The notes under the pieces are model-generated. The model saw only the letters and a program-made list of their open reading frames with translations, searched no databases and was not told the DNA's origin. 64,000 nucleotides of DNA from Anthoceros angustus (Eukaryota; Plantae; Anthocerotophyta): positions 930,001 to 994,000 of the forward strand of contig MU008167.1 in NCBI GenBank assembly GCA_010909165.1, written 5' to 3'. Position 1 is the first letter of the stretch. Every line of letters begins with the position of its first letter. The translations under genes and the position numbers were made by a program. Positions 23,433-36,296 of this stretch are shown piece by piece.

Positions 23433-23676
23433 AGAAGTCTGTTTTGTCCTGTACGTGCCGGTACCGGTGCTGACAACCTGTGTAAGACGTCCTTCCTCTG
23501 CAACCTTGGAAAAGGCGGCTTTTTCACCATCCACCTGAAGTCATCCCCTTGGTTGGGAAAATATGTCTTCGCTCACGTATGCCTCATGCAAGTGCAGCGG
23601 TAAAGAGATCCTTTTCAAGGGGATTACTTCAGGTGGGCGGTGAAACAGGCGTTGTCAAAGGTTGCGCCCCACAAAC
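23433..23676 (-). pseudogene. Fragment of cassette gene copy 3 (3' half of the HEGRVL-domain exon). Other fragments: about 14150-14820, 40131-40512, 45080-45440 and 46160-46500
   Basis: AKTYFPNQG..VKKPPFSKVAEEG resembles VKTLFPKG..VKNLFSKVAQQD of copy 2. Rejoining across the copia-2 TSD gives ..KNQGRVL..; 40131-40512 aligns with 10480-10700. Confidence 0.55.
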
Positions 23677-24463
23677 TAATACAATCGGGAATAGCTGCAT
23701 TATGCTATGAACAGATCACAGGCGGTGGCACGAGCAAGGAATCCAGAGAAGAGATTTGTCATTGATTGTCAAGTAAAGGTAACATAAGGTTCTTAAATAG
23801 CCTAGAAATGGTAACTGCTCTAACCGCAAATGCGAACTACCATAACTGTGATCGTAACATGCAGTAAAGCATGATTACTACATATGTAAATCCCAATGCT
23901 CCCAATTAGTGAGCATTTGGTACATGTACTATGAACTAGTAGTTGTTGGCATTCAAAGCCCTAAAGCAAAAGAGGAATGATTCCTTATGCTTGAATTTAA
24001 AACCACATGTGCACTAGGACACGAGTCGTTGTACCGCACATCTTGAGGAAAACGTGAAAGCCTCTTCATGATCTTGTACTTGCGTTCCTCCAGGTCCTGT
24101 AAAGTAAACAAGTCTGGATGCAGTCGACAGTGTGTTCGCCATTGCTCCTATTCTCTTCTTCGTGATGGACTCCAAACTCGAGAGTGGTCTTCGTTGCCTT
24201 GGGTGTACCAGAATCTGGGTTCCTATGAGGAAATTCTCTCAACGCTCCTCCCATCTCTACGCCATGCATTGTGAGGCTCCCAACATAGTTGCATTTGAAG
24301 CACCTGCAGGATCTGAAGGCTTGACAGAGACTCCTCGAGCAAGGGCTGCGAGGATGAAACAGAACTTGGATGCAGAGGGAAAGACACTGAAGAAAAGAAC
24401 AGTGAGGAGCACATGACCAGTACCACAATATAGCTCCCACTGAGTGATTAGAGTAGAGAAAAT

Positions 24464-25067
24464 CTAGTGAGCTCTGCCTTTCTTTTCCACTGTGGGAATG
24501 TCATAGATACCTATGGCAACAGTATGTTTCTCATGGACTGTTCTGAGCAAGGCCTTTGTAAGTAAATCTGCAGTGTTCTCACTAGTTGAAACATAAGACA
24601 CACTTACCTCCTTGCTGTCCACTACCTGCCTTATGAAATGATGAGAAATTTCTATGTGCTTAGATCTCGCATGAAATACTGGATTTTTCGACAAGGCAAT
24701 GGCAGATTGATTGTCACACCATAGTTGAGTTGGGCCTGGTTGAAGTTGCTGCAAGCCTGTCAAGAAACTTCGAACCCATAAGATCTCTTTGGCAGCCTGA
24801 GTCATGGCCCCATATTCAAACCTCCGAGGATAAGCGAGATGGTGTTCAACTTCTTAGAGGACCAAGATATCGGAGATACTCCAAGAAACATACAGTAAGC
24901 TGCCACACTTTTCCTAATGTCTCGGTCACCAACCCAGTCTGCATCGCAGTAGGCTGTGAGTTGAAGACCATCCTTATTCTTGCCAAAGCGCAGTCCCTTC
25001 CTTGGAGTACCTTTCAAATACCGAAAAATCCTCTTGACTGCTGTCCAGTGAGCAAGGGTAGGGTTTT
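24464..25067 (-). pseudogene. pol: copia-2 RT C-terminus and RNase H
   Basis: NPTLAHWTAVKRIFRYLKGT; YCDADWVGDRDIRKS; LWCDNQSAIALSKNPVFHARSKHIEI; ENTADLLTKAL. Confidence 0.92.
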
Positions 25068-25821
25068 AACATGATATCTTTCGAAGGGGGTGAATATTCA
25101 CGAAGAGGGTTTTGTGACATATATCCTCTGAAGGGGGTTTCACATGGGCATTGAACTCCCACTTTTTGGGGTATGGGTCAATTACAGGCAGAAAAGAAGG
25201 GTGACAATTCGTATGAACCAGTGATAGAAGATCCATTCAACGCCGGCGAAGGGTTATGGTGTTAGAGTTAACCTCAATTGGTCCGCATTTAAGACCCATG
25301 ACAAAGGCCATTGCTGCCGGTAATTGCCGGTCTTTTCCGTGGAGCAAAAATGAAATCTACAAAAAAGAAGGGTGATGAAACTTTGAGGCAGGCTACCGGC
25401 GGCGGTATGGCGGGTTTGAGAGGAAGGGCCGGCGGCCGGCGTCCTTCATGCCGATGATCCCTTGCGAATGGCGGAGTTGCGAGCCTTAACTCGGGTTGAT
25501 TTGAAAAGACTTGATTGGGGTGGGGATGGCTTCCCGATCTCAATTGTGGTCGCAAATATATTGACTGCTCCAGTCCCCATGCGGTCGATGAACTTAAAGT
25601 GGCGGAAACTAGTTCCGCCGTCATATGAGAGGAACATGCCCGCGGCTCAACGTATGATGCCTTACATTATGCCGCAATGCCGATGTCGGCCCCTGCACTC
25701 CCCACGTGTCCTTCTCTATGGTAAGCACAAACTCTTGAAAAATGGAAGATAATATCTATGACAGGTCTACAACTTTTCATAGAGGATAGCCACAACCAAA
25801 AGCCTAGCATGGGCGTACATA

Positions 25822-27713
25822 CTATTCAGAAATGTGCACATACATAATTGCACCGCAAACTACAGAATAGAGCATGACGACAACCTCATCAATTGCAAAA
25901 TGATGATCATTCGAGTGTTTCCTACTCTTCGCCCGACTCCACGCCTCATCTTCGCTGGGCCCGATCCCGACCATCCTCTTGTCCTCGGTTGCACTTTGAC
26001 TCACCTGGTTGAATAAACCTCGCAATTCAATTAACTTATCTTTTATGGCCTTCTTATCCACAACACAAATGTTTCCAAGACAGTGAACCCATAATAGAGG
26101 ATGACTGCTTGGTGAACAAAAACTTGTTGGATATTCTTGACGGATAGCCTTCGCCTCCCCGAGTTGCTTCCTACCGGCCATCCCTCTCGATTATATATTC
26201 TTCCACGCACCTCCTTCATACGCATCCGTGTGTTCGCCTGCACTAATGAACAAGGAAGTGAGGCTCGGTGCATGTAGTTCAACACAAGTCACCTTGCCAA
26301 TCCAAAAGGGCCTATTTTGCGTGTCGTGCCGCGGAACCGCAACTAACATTCCCGCTTTATTTCTGCGATATCACCATTCAACCGTGACATTTCTTGTTGT
26401 TGCCTCCCAGATTTTGGTATGCTCCCAAATACATATCTCTAGGGAGCTCCTCAAGAATGCCTCCTCCAGTGCTTCATCCGAACATGCAGAGGTTGGGCCT
26501 TGCACTTGATCCGCGTACCACCTCCAAGGTTTGTGTAGCACAAGGCCAATGTTGTTTTCCACAATATGACAATCTCCTCTGGTCCACCCGTAAAGCTTCC
26601 CACCATAAAACTCCTGATGTCACATACGGCCTAAGTTCGCAAGACCAGCCTTTAGATGAGCAACGCAGCTTGGAGATAATATCATGTGGCTTCCTTTTTA
26701 TCCCTCGACCGCAGGCGTCAAGGGCGCACATAGTGTCCAAGGCACAATTTCAAAACTCCAAACCCCTTCCCATCGAGGCGAGGTCGAACCGCTCCCCGAT
26801 CATCGCACAAACCCACGGCCGCTTTTTCACGTGTTATTTTGAACTGCCGGAACGATAGGTTGTTCGCTTAACCGCCGCCCCATAATCGAGTCCTCTCGGC
26901 CTTGTGTAATGGGCCACACATATGACCTAAGTCGGCCACTACCAATACCTTGACCTCGTGTAGGCGTGTACGCTTGCACCAGATCTCGACAATGCGGAAG
27001 CGTGTGAGCTTTTTATGTTTCAAGCTTTTGGAGAAGCAAGAAAACATCCGGTCGATTTGATCATGAGTATGTCCGACCAAAAGGAATCCCACTTTCACTT
27101 TTCAAAAGTACCCATATCAACAAGCATGTTCGGATAAGCAAAAGCGGTGGTTCTTATTCTCCCGCATGTGTTGTCCAAATACAAAACTCTTGGCGGGACA
27201 CCCTCGTAGTTATGTATAACGCCCCGAATAATGGTGATCGTAAGATTCGCGTCGCAAATTCGCATAATGCAAATAGGCTCTAGCTTTAAGCGTATAGTTG
27301 TGAATCATGCACCCAACCACGTGGATCGAATATCACCTCTACGAGGTTTTTCGCCACCGGAGAAGATGAGGTATCTCTGTCTTTTTGGTCCATTCCATCA
27401 ATTGATAGCAGATATACTTATGTGGCTCCACATAGCTCTTGCTCCTGTGTTTAGCCATTTTCCTGCCTCGGTGGAGCCGCACGATGTGCTTCCAAGGCAA
27501 CTGGTATTTCTCTGCCAAAACGAACATCATAATCAGCAACAAAAGACCCCCATCATCACCATCCGCCCGACTTTGCAGAGAACCATCCAACCTATACAAA
27601 AGCGTAAGACGCCTTACCAAACATTCATGCAAGGGGAAGGGCGCGTGGCCGGCGCCTTCCCCTTTTCTCGCACCGCGGATGATTTGGGAGGGTCTCGAAT
27701 CATCATCAGCACA

Positions 27714-27754
<41 letters not shown>

Positions 27755-29740
27755 TCGCGCCGCCGCCAGTGGACGGGGGCCAATCCAATAAGCATTGGGC
27801 ATAAGAATCGATCATGAGAAAGAGAAGAAGGGTACATCCGGCATGATGATAGTGGCATTCAACAAGAGGAACAAGCACATGAAAGACACATTGCAATTTA
27901 CCTTGATCTTGCTTGTGCTTTGTATTTTATAGTGCTCTCGTGCAAGAGCGAGCATGTTGAAAACTGTTGGACTTGGATTTTACTGGGAAGTTGCTTCTCC
28001 ACGCTTTTAAGAACCATGGATACTTCACATAGCGTATGCGAGCAGACCGACGCTTGTACAACCCATATTTCCAACTTTGTATACGTGTAGTAGATTAAAT
28101 ACTTCCAAATTAGGAAGCCGCCATAAACATAAAAGCATTGTCCATCCAAGAAATGGCATCAAGCGCATAAGTAGATTGTGCCTTCGGGTTTGGTCCGAAT
28201 CCATCCCAAGGTGATTCCAGAAAGACTCTGCTCTTTAGCTCCTCATACCTCTTGTGCCCAAGGCAATACACTCTTTTGAAAGCCTTCAAGCAGCAGCGCA
28301 TAAGAGTCGCTCCCATGAGATGTGTGACCGCTTTCCTTCTATCACCGTGCACTCCATCCGACTGAACAAGAGACTGAAGAAATGTCTCCTGCCTCGCCTT
28401 CCCATCCGAAGAAAGTATCGCTCCCGAAATCGCTCTTTGGTCGCTTTAGCAAACACATTTTGTTGCAACAAGGCTTCTTGAAATCGCAAGCATTGTCTCC
28501 CTTCACTTTTGTCAACGACACTCCAGCGCGTCTCGGCATGATAGAGTATTTGCGGTTGTGGGGCCTTCAAAGTGTCACCGAGAGGCTTGGATGGAAGGAT
28601 TGAGAGGCATCGTGTCCGGAAGTGGCGAATCGTCGTCCCCACCGGGCCCGCCATCATCATTGAGTGGAGGCGAGCAACAATATCCTCATGAAACAAACCA
28701 CGGCGTGGAACCATCGGTTCTCTCAGGAAGGTCACGACAATTGGGAAAGAGAACGCGCTTTGGATGGGCTTCCTCCAAAGCGACATAGCGATGCAAATTC
28801 CTAGGTGTTCGAGGAACACCTCGCGGACATTTGGCGGCGACAAATGTCGACGTCGGCCACCTGCAAGAGCAATGTCCGAATATTCAACGGGATCACACCA
28901 TGGATTTTCACACCGCCCATCATCAATTATAATCAAGGGAAGAAATTTAACCTTCATCATCTACGCTCTTCGCAATGGCAAAATGCACGACGGGTGGCGG
29001 CGGATGTCGGCGATGTGGCGGCCTTCATTTCCTCCTTCTCTTGTTTTCGTGAAGCACGGACATTGGGAAGGCAAGTGTTGATCCCAAAGATGATCCCGAT
29101 AGCCGATGAGCCCACAATCGAAAACAATTGAACTTAGAATCAAAACAAACCCAAGGAAAGAGCGGCGTTTGGATGGGCTTCCTCCAAAGCGACATAGCGA
29201 TGCAAATTCCTAGGTGTTCGAGGAACACCTCGGACATTTGGCGGCGACAAATGTCGGCGTTTTCGTCTATCTGCAGAGCAATGTCCGAATATTCAGCGGA
29301 TCACACCATGTGGATTTTCACACCGCCCATCATCAATTATAATCGAAGGAAGAAATTTAACCTTCATCATCGTTCTTACGCAATGGCAACCGCACGGGTG
29401 GCGGCGGATGTCGGCGATGTGGCCTTTCGACCGACCTCCTCCTTCTCTTGTTTTCGGTGAAGCACGGACATTGGGAAGGCAAGTGTTGATCCCAAAGATG
29501 ATCCCGATAGCCGATGAGCCCTGACAAGCGAACTTAGAATCAAAACAAACCGCCGGGAAAGCGTAAATGCGAGCGGAAGAACTCAAACCTCTTGTCCTTC
29601 CGGTGTGTGAGGCGCAACATTGTATGCCCTCGTCGTTCAAGAACCTTGGCGAGCCGCAAGGTGGGCGAGGAGATTTGTGAAGGAAGTTGCATGCGAATGG
29701 TGTGTGCCTTCAAGGCATATCGCAAAGATAGGAAGGACAT
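25822..29740 (-). pseudogene. DDE transposase (DUF7869/Sola-like), frameshifted
   Basis: Motifs in order: CCNKMCL; CLKAFKRVYCLG; KVQQFSTC; LLSIDGMDQK-TEIPH (about 27400); LDNTC-RENKNHR (about 27160); KVGFLLVGHTHDQIDRMFS (about 27070). The 5' boundary is approximate. Confidence 0.72.
27720..27753. repeat. (CCG)n trinucleotide tract inside the transposase
   Basis: About 11 consecutive CCG units. Confidence 0.9.
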
Positions 29741-30291
29741 TATTTCTCTCTGTCGTTACGACATCATGATGGTCTATCAGTGAGAGGTATCCAACGGTGC
29801 ATCGCACCGTCATGCCTTTTTATGGTCGACAATTATGGTGCCCCGGCCAGCAGTCACGGAAGTCAATGTGATTATGGATAGACAAGAGTTTATATTAGGG
29901 CATAGCGAAATATGGTGGAACGTGAAATGTTAAGTACGTTTTTGGTCTATAAATGCCTGGGGTCAAGGGAACCCTAATTACAAACCTCTCTCTTGTCGGT
30001 TTTGCGAGGCGGTGTGGTGTGTATTTCCAGTCGACGGAGCGAGGCGAGATGATCGTGTGTTGCTTGGCGAGTTGGAGAACAATTGCTTGAATTGTGCTTT
30101 GTCCCTTTGCGGCCACGCGCGAGCGAATTCAGCGATCCGCCGAGCTTTGAGAGAGCATGGAATCAATCATCGGCGTGTTTTATGAGACAGTTCGCCCTCC
30201 ATGTGATCGAGCATCACCTTCCTTCCATTCATCTTTCCGCAGACGTGTTGAATTTGTCGCCGCCAGCCGAGTGCTTGCTTTGCAATTTGAG

Positions 30292-33200
30292 ATGGCGAGC
30301 GGAGGCAAGAAGGACTTGGCAGAGGCGTGGCGACCCCCGCCACCGAACGCGTAAGAAAACGAAGCTGGGAACAAGAAGCGGCCCAACCCGGCAAGAAGTA
30401 AGAGGCGCCCAGACGGCCGGAGCGGGAGGTGTGGGAGGCATAAACCATCTACCGTGGAGGCAAATCGGGAGCATGTCTTGGGAAGACAAGCCGGACAAAG
30501 GCTAGCGTGCAAGGGGAAGGAGGCAAAACCTCAAAGCATGTGGTGCCACCTCCAATTCCATCGCCTTTCAGCTACGAGGAAACCGTGCACATCCGCATGG
30601 GAGGCCGATTGACCTGTTATGATTTTGGGAAGGATTGGATGCTCGTCCGGGATCCGCATCCGTAAGAGGAAATAAAGAAGATGGACGCCTTTGTCAAACT
30701 CGGATAATGGGGTACAGGGGGCTTTGCCCAATAGAGCAAGAGCCGGATGGGTAATCAACAATGGATATGAATGAGGGGAGCCGAGTTCACGTTTTGCACC
30801 ACCGGGCCATATGAGTTTGACGCAGTGATCCGTGACCGATATATACAGTGTCTTATGTTCTCGACCTCGGAGGGTTCAATGCCAAGAAATGTGCACCTCG
30901 CTCACTTGTCGAAGAGTTCCGCGAGTGCATGCGACAACACACCGTAAGTTGGAACAACCTGTCTTTTGAGAACCATGAGGCTAGGATGACGTGATTTTCG
31001 CTCGCTTTCCACCGTTAGTCGGAATGGCCCTCATCAGGGCTATTTGCGGGAAGATTACGGAGACAGTTGTGGATCACAGGAGAGAGCTTTCAATGAGAAG
31101 GGTGAGAGCAGCCCATCAAAGAATTGCAGAAGAGGCAGAGAGTCCGGAGCCCCAGATCCCAGAAAGTGAACTTGGGCCCTCAGATGAGGAAGATGGCCCC
31201 ATTCCAGACGTCCTCGGGCATTCGGAGGAAGAAGTGTCTGGGGGGCATGAGGAAGACGGAGAGATGCTGATGCCGCCAAGCCCGCATGGGGCTCAATGGT
31301 TGTCCCACCATGGCCTACATCCGAATAGATAGCCGGCCCGCGTGTGTGTTGAAGGGTGGAGCAGGGCCGAACTTGCCCACCCCGGATCCTAACTGGTTTA
31401 TCCAGTTTCAACAAGGAGATGGGGGGTTGGGGCGCCGGCCGCCTACGGAAGAGCTTGCATGATTCTTCCACTGGACCGCAGTGGAAGAATAGACACGATG
31501 GGATCCCCCGAGAGGGAAGAGGGGTGGGTGTGGAGGCAGGGGCTGAGCAGGAAGAAGGAGGAGGAGGGCGCCGGCCGGCCGCCTCTCATGCGGAGAGTCG
31601 ACCACCAAGGTCGGTCATGGGAAAGCGCCCGCTCAATTTGGATTCTGGGGGACTAAAGAACCACATAGTGGCGCACGGAGGCGAAAGGAAGAAAAACCAA
31701 GAAAACGGCAGTGAGGATCCGTTGAGTCATTCCATCCCCATATTTCGACAGATGAAGAACGGTTAGAAGACGCGATCCGGGATGCACTCTCTCGAGGGAT
31801 TCAGCTTACGAAGAAGGTGGTCTTGGAAACAGTGTTGGTCAAGTTGGAGAACTTAAGACCACCGCATATAACGCCGGATGCGATTCGAGGGTTGATGAGG
31901 CATGGGCCAATTATTTGGCTCGGGTTATTTCAAGGGAGGATAGAGGAGGGTGTTTTGCCACCTTATGTATGATAGATCCAAGTGAGTGCGACCAAGTTGG
32001 ATCGGAAGCGATGGCGAAAAATACGTTATGGGGTTCTTGGTGGAACCATACATATGCAATGAAACATCTATGTGATATCTCACCGTGGAAGAAGAGGTTT
32101 CAATATGTGGAAGCACATGTCTATTGTGGGCTTCTTCGTAAATGCGAGTGGCCACGGATCACAATACCATGTCGGACAAGAAAGAAGATGAACTTCATTG
32201 AGCGTCCCAGACTTACGAGATGAGCGCAGATTGCGAACGCCAAGGAGTATGATGACCATGGCATGGAAGTACAACTGCATAAAGTGCTTGGATTGATTGA
32301 GGATGATGAAGGCCAAGACGGCGTCTATGCACAAAGTAGACAATCGCACACACATTTTATGCATCGCCAAGGTGAGGGAAGGTGTGGGACAATGTGGACT
32401 TGATTTTTCAAAGTGGGAGGTGGAGAGCTTATGGAGCAAAAGAAGCATTTACCAGGGACTAGCAAGAAAGGGAAAGGGAAGAAGATGGCCGACGAGCAAG
32501 TGGACACAGATAATGAGTCAAGGACATGTTGGCAAAGCCATGGAAATCCTTCCAAGGAATACCACCGGAGAGTGCGCAGAAATTCGTCACACATGTAAAA
32601 GTTTTAATCGGACTTATTGATTTGAAGGGCATGGATGAGGAGATCGCGGAAGAAGAAGTTCCATGTCATACAAGTTGCTATGGTAAAACACCGGGTGCTC
32701 TTCATTCGAGGAGCGAGAAGAATATCCGCTGCATTCGACTGCATGTTGTCCCGCTTTCAAACCGCTTTGGAAAGGTTAGTTTCGCCCATGTGTGGAGGAG
32801 GGCGCCGGCCGGCGCCCTCTCGCTTTGGACTAACCATCATGTGTTTGGCAGAATCGAAGGATATTGAGGTCCTTTCCAAACTTCCGATGTCTTCCAACAT
32901 TTCATTTTCAAGTAAATAATTGGAAAGGACGAGAGTGGTTTTGCGACAAGGACCTTGAGGAAGGATTGAGGTCTTCAATGTTCCATCCTGACAAACAAGT
33001 ACAATACCAAGTGGAAAGCGAGATGTTTTGGACATGCGAGGATTTCGAGAGGAAGTACACACTGGTGATGGACGCTCCAAGGGGTTTCAAATTGGGCCCT
33101 TGGACAAACGAGTTGACATGCACATGATGGACACTGCGAGTTTTGCGAGAAAACTACTGGATGAGTTGAGAATGATTGTCATGCATGGTGTGGAGGAGGC

Positions 33201-35800
33201 TCACACCGTGAGGGAGTCAATGCGAAAGTGGAGCAAGAAAGGGGCTTGGTCTCATTTGTATGGGACAAGACCAACATGAACAATGACAGGGTGGATTCAA
33301 ACCGTGGAATATGTCACGGTAGGGTGGGGCATGAAAGAGATGGATTCACAGGGATAGAGTTCCAATGATGCCTAATGCCATGCACGGCACTTTCAACAAT
33401 GGGAGGTCCGTGATCGCACACGATACTTGCCAGAAGAAACAGTGTACATGTCCCAAGACAAGCTGGTTGTTTGCCCATACCGAGGCCTCCGGGGCTTATG
33501 ATGAAACTTATCGAACCTTCTCGCGAGAGGGAAGAGGGGTGTGGAGGAGGGGCGAGCAGAAGAAGGAGGAGGAGGGCGCCGGCCGGCGCCTCCTCGAGAA
33601 GACCACAAGGCGTCGATGGGAAAGCGCCCGCTCAATTTGGATTCCATGCAGGGCACTACGAAGCCACATAGTGGCGCACGGAGGCGAAAGGAAGAAAGAA
33701 GAAAACGGCAGCAGGAGGATCCGTTGAGTCATTCCATCCCCATATTTCGACAGATGAGGAACGTCTAGAAGACGCGATCCGGGATGCACTCTCTCGAGGG
33801 ATTCACCACAAGAAGGTTGTCTTGGAAACAGTGTTGGTCAAGTTGGAGAACTTAAGACCAGCTCGCACATAACGCCGGATGCGCAGATTCGGAGGGTTGA
33901 TGAGGCATGGGCCAATTATTTGGCTCGGGTTATTTCAAGGGAGGATAGAGGAGGGTGTTTTGCCACTCTTATGTATGATAGATCCAAGTGAGTGCGACCA
34001 AGTTGGATCGGAAGCGATGGCGAAAAATACGTTATGGGGTTCTTGGTGGGAACCATACATATGCGAATGAAACATCTATGTGATATCTCACCGTGGAAGA
34101 AGAGGTTTCAATATGTGGAAGCACATGTCTATTGTGGGCTTATCGTAAATGCGAGTGCCGCCACGGATCACAATACCATGTCGGACAAGAAAGAAGATGA
34201 ACTTCATTGAGCGTCCGACTTACGAGATGAGCTGCAGATTGCGAAACGCAAGGAGTCTGATGACCATGACTATGGCATGGAAGTACAATCTGCATAAAGT
34301 GCTTGGATTGATTGAGGATGATGAAGGGCGCGAAGACGATGTCTACAAGCAGAACAAAGTAGACAATCGCACACACATTTTATGCATCGCCAAGCGTGAG
34401 GGAAGGTGTGGGACAATGTGGACTTGATTTTTCAAAGTGGGAGGTGGAGAGCTTATGGAAGAAGCATTTACCTAGGACTAAGCAAGAAAGGGAAAGGGAA
34501 GCGGAAGATGGTGACGGAAGCAAGTGGACACGATAAAAGCCAAAGGACATGTTGGCAAAGCCATGGAAATCCTTCCAAGGAATACCACCGGAGAGTGCGG
34601 GCAAGGTCAGCATGTAAAAGTTTTAACTGGACTTATTGATTTGAAGGGCATGGATGAGGAGATCACTTTATGGAAGAAGTTCCATGTCATACAAGTTGCT
34701 ATGGTAAAACACCGGGTGCTCTTCGTCACGAGAAGAATATCCGCTGCATTCGATGCACTGGATGTTGTCTGTCCGCTTTCAAACCGCTTTGGAAAGGTTA
34801 GTTTCGCCCATGTGTGGAGGAGGCGCCGGCCGCCTTCTGCGCTTTGGACTAACCATCATGTGTTTGGAAGAATCGAAGGATATTGAGGTCCTTTCCAAAC
34901 TTCCGATGTCTTCCAACATTTCATTTTCAAGTAAATAATTGGAAAGGATCGAGGAGGTTTTGCGACAAGGACCTTGAGGAAGGATTGAGGTCTTCAATGT
35001 TCCATCCTCGGACAAACAAGTACAATACCAAGTGGAAAGGGATGTTTTGGACATGCGAGGATTTCGAGGAGTACACACTGGTGATGGACGCTCCAAGGGG
35101 TTTCAAATTGGGCCCTTGGACAAACGAGTTGACATGCAGATGATGGACACTGCTTTGCGAGTTTTATGGAGAAAACTACTGGATGAGTTGAGAATGATTG
35201 TCATGCATGGTGTGGAGGCTCACACCGTGAGGGAGTCAATGCAAAGTGGAGCAAGAAAGGGGCTTGGTCTCATTTGTATGGGACAAGACCAACATGAACA
35301 ATGACAGGTGGATTCAAACCGTGGAATATGTCACGGTAGGGTGGGGCATGGGAGATGGATTCACAGGGATAGAGTTCCAATGATGCCTAATGCCATGCAC
35401 GGCACTTTCAACAATGGGAGGTCCGTGATCGCACACGATACTTGCCAGAAGAAACAGTGTACATGTCCCAAGACAAGCTGGTTTGCCCATACCGAGGCCT
35501 CTGGGCTTATGATGAAACTTATCGAACCTTCTCGCGAGAGGGGATTGGATTTTGGACGTATGCTCGGAGTGGGACAACGTTATTGGCTTCCTATGCCGAA
35601 TTGTATCATGAAGTCGACCGAGGTGTGCGTGATACATACCACGCATTGCCGGGCATGAGGTTCTCCGATGTCAAGAAGAGTCGACGCTTGACGCCCACCG
35701 CAGGTCTTGCAGCTTTGGGCGAAGGAGGTGTGTATCAGAGAAGGACTCGCAAGCGCAGTTGTTTCCTTAAACGCAAGGCAAGACCAAACCGGTGATCTTT
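30292..35800 (+). pseudogene. Divergent accessory gene of the TIR element encoding a ParB/Sulfiredoxin-like domain; internal 2-kb tandem duplication (31509-33523 / 33524-35534)
   Basis: Reconstructed across frameshifts: VLVKLENLRP..GVLPLLCMID..YGVLGGNHTYA.MKHL..PWKKRFQYVEAHVYCGL..ATDHN, followed by further protein-like segments. Candidate start MASGGKK at 30292, downstream of a CTATAAAT box near 29947. Confidence 0.5.
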
Positions 35801-36296
35801 TGGCGATGGGCAGCAAACTTTGATAGTGGCAGCCTTCCCGACCCTTGACGACGACAAGAGAACAAGAAGACACAAGGGCGTTGGGGAGAACGATAGCTTC
35901 GATGAAGAGGAAGTGGAGCGCACAACCGCTATTGTGATGGATTCGAGTTTCGCCCGTCGAGTCCCAAGTTAGCCCTAGGAATAGGCTTAGTGTTCTCATG
36001 TCATGTGCATCCGCTCGCTTAGTTCATAATGTTATGGGACCGCTTCATTGCGGCAAGTGTTGTCTTCGGTTTTGCCGCCCAACAACACGAAAGTGGCGCC
36101 GCCGCCGCGCCTCATCCGCTTTCATGTCTTTGTTGCGCGAATACGCTTTTTTGAATACCTACGTGTTCTACCATGGTCGACCTTTCTTCAAAAAGAGCTA
36201 AAAGGCATATTTCGGGACTGTGTGTCATGTGCAAAGAGGGTTTTCATTTCACGGAAGGGGGTTCGGATATTCACCCCCTTCACAAGATATCGTGTT

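Larger units (their letters stand above)
25068..36296. mobile_element. 11.2-kb TIR DNA transposon with 4-bp TSD (Sola-like / DUF7869-type DDE transposase)
   Basis: TIRs AACATGATATCTTTCGAAGGGGGTGAATATTC and (reverse complement) AACACGATATCTTGTGAAGGGGGTGAATATCC. TTTT is duplicated (25064-25067, 36297-36300). Removing the element restores the copia RT frame SQFLE|NPTLAHW. Confidence 0.88.

Noticed and set aside
29540-30761. Independent minus-strand gene between the transposase and the accessory gene
   Set aside because: Both strands give short protein-like frames; this cannot be resolved without a consensus.
25070-36294. Chapaev/CACTA-type CAC..GTG termini for the 11.2-kb element
   Set aside because: The extra AA/TT bases are symmetric and absent from the reconstructed target, so the ends are AAC..GTT with a TTTT TSD.
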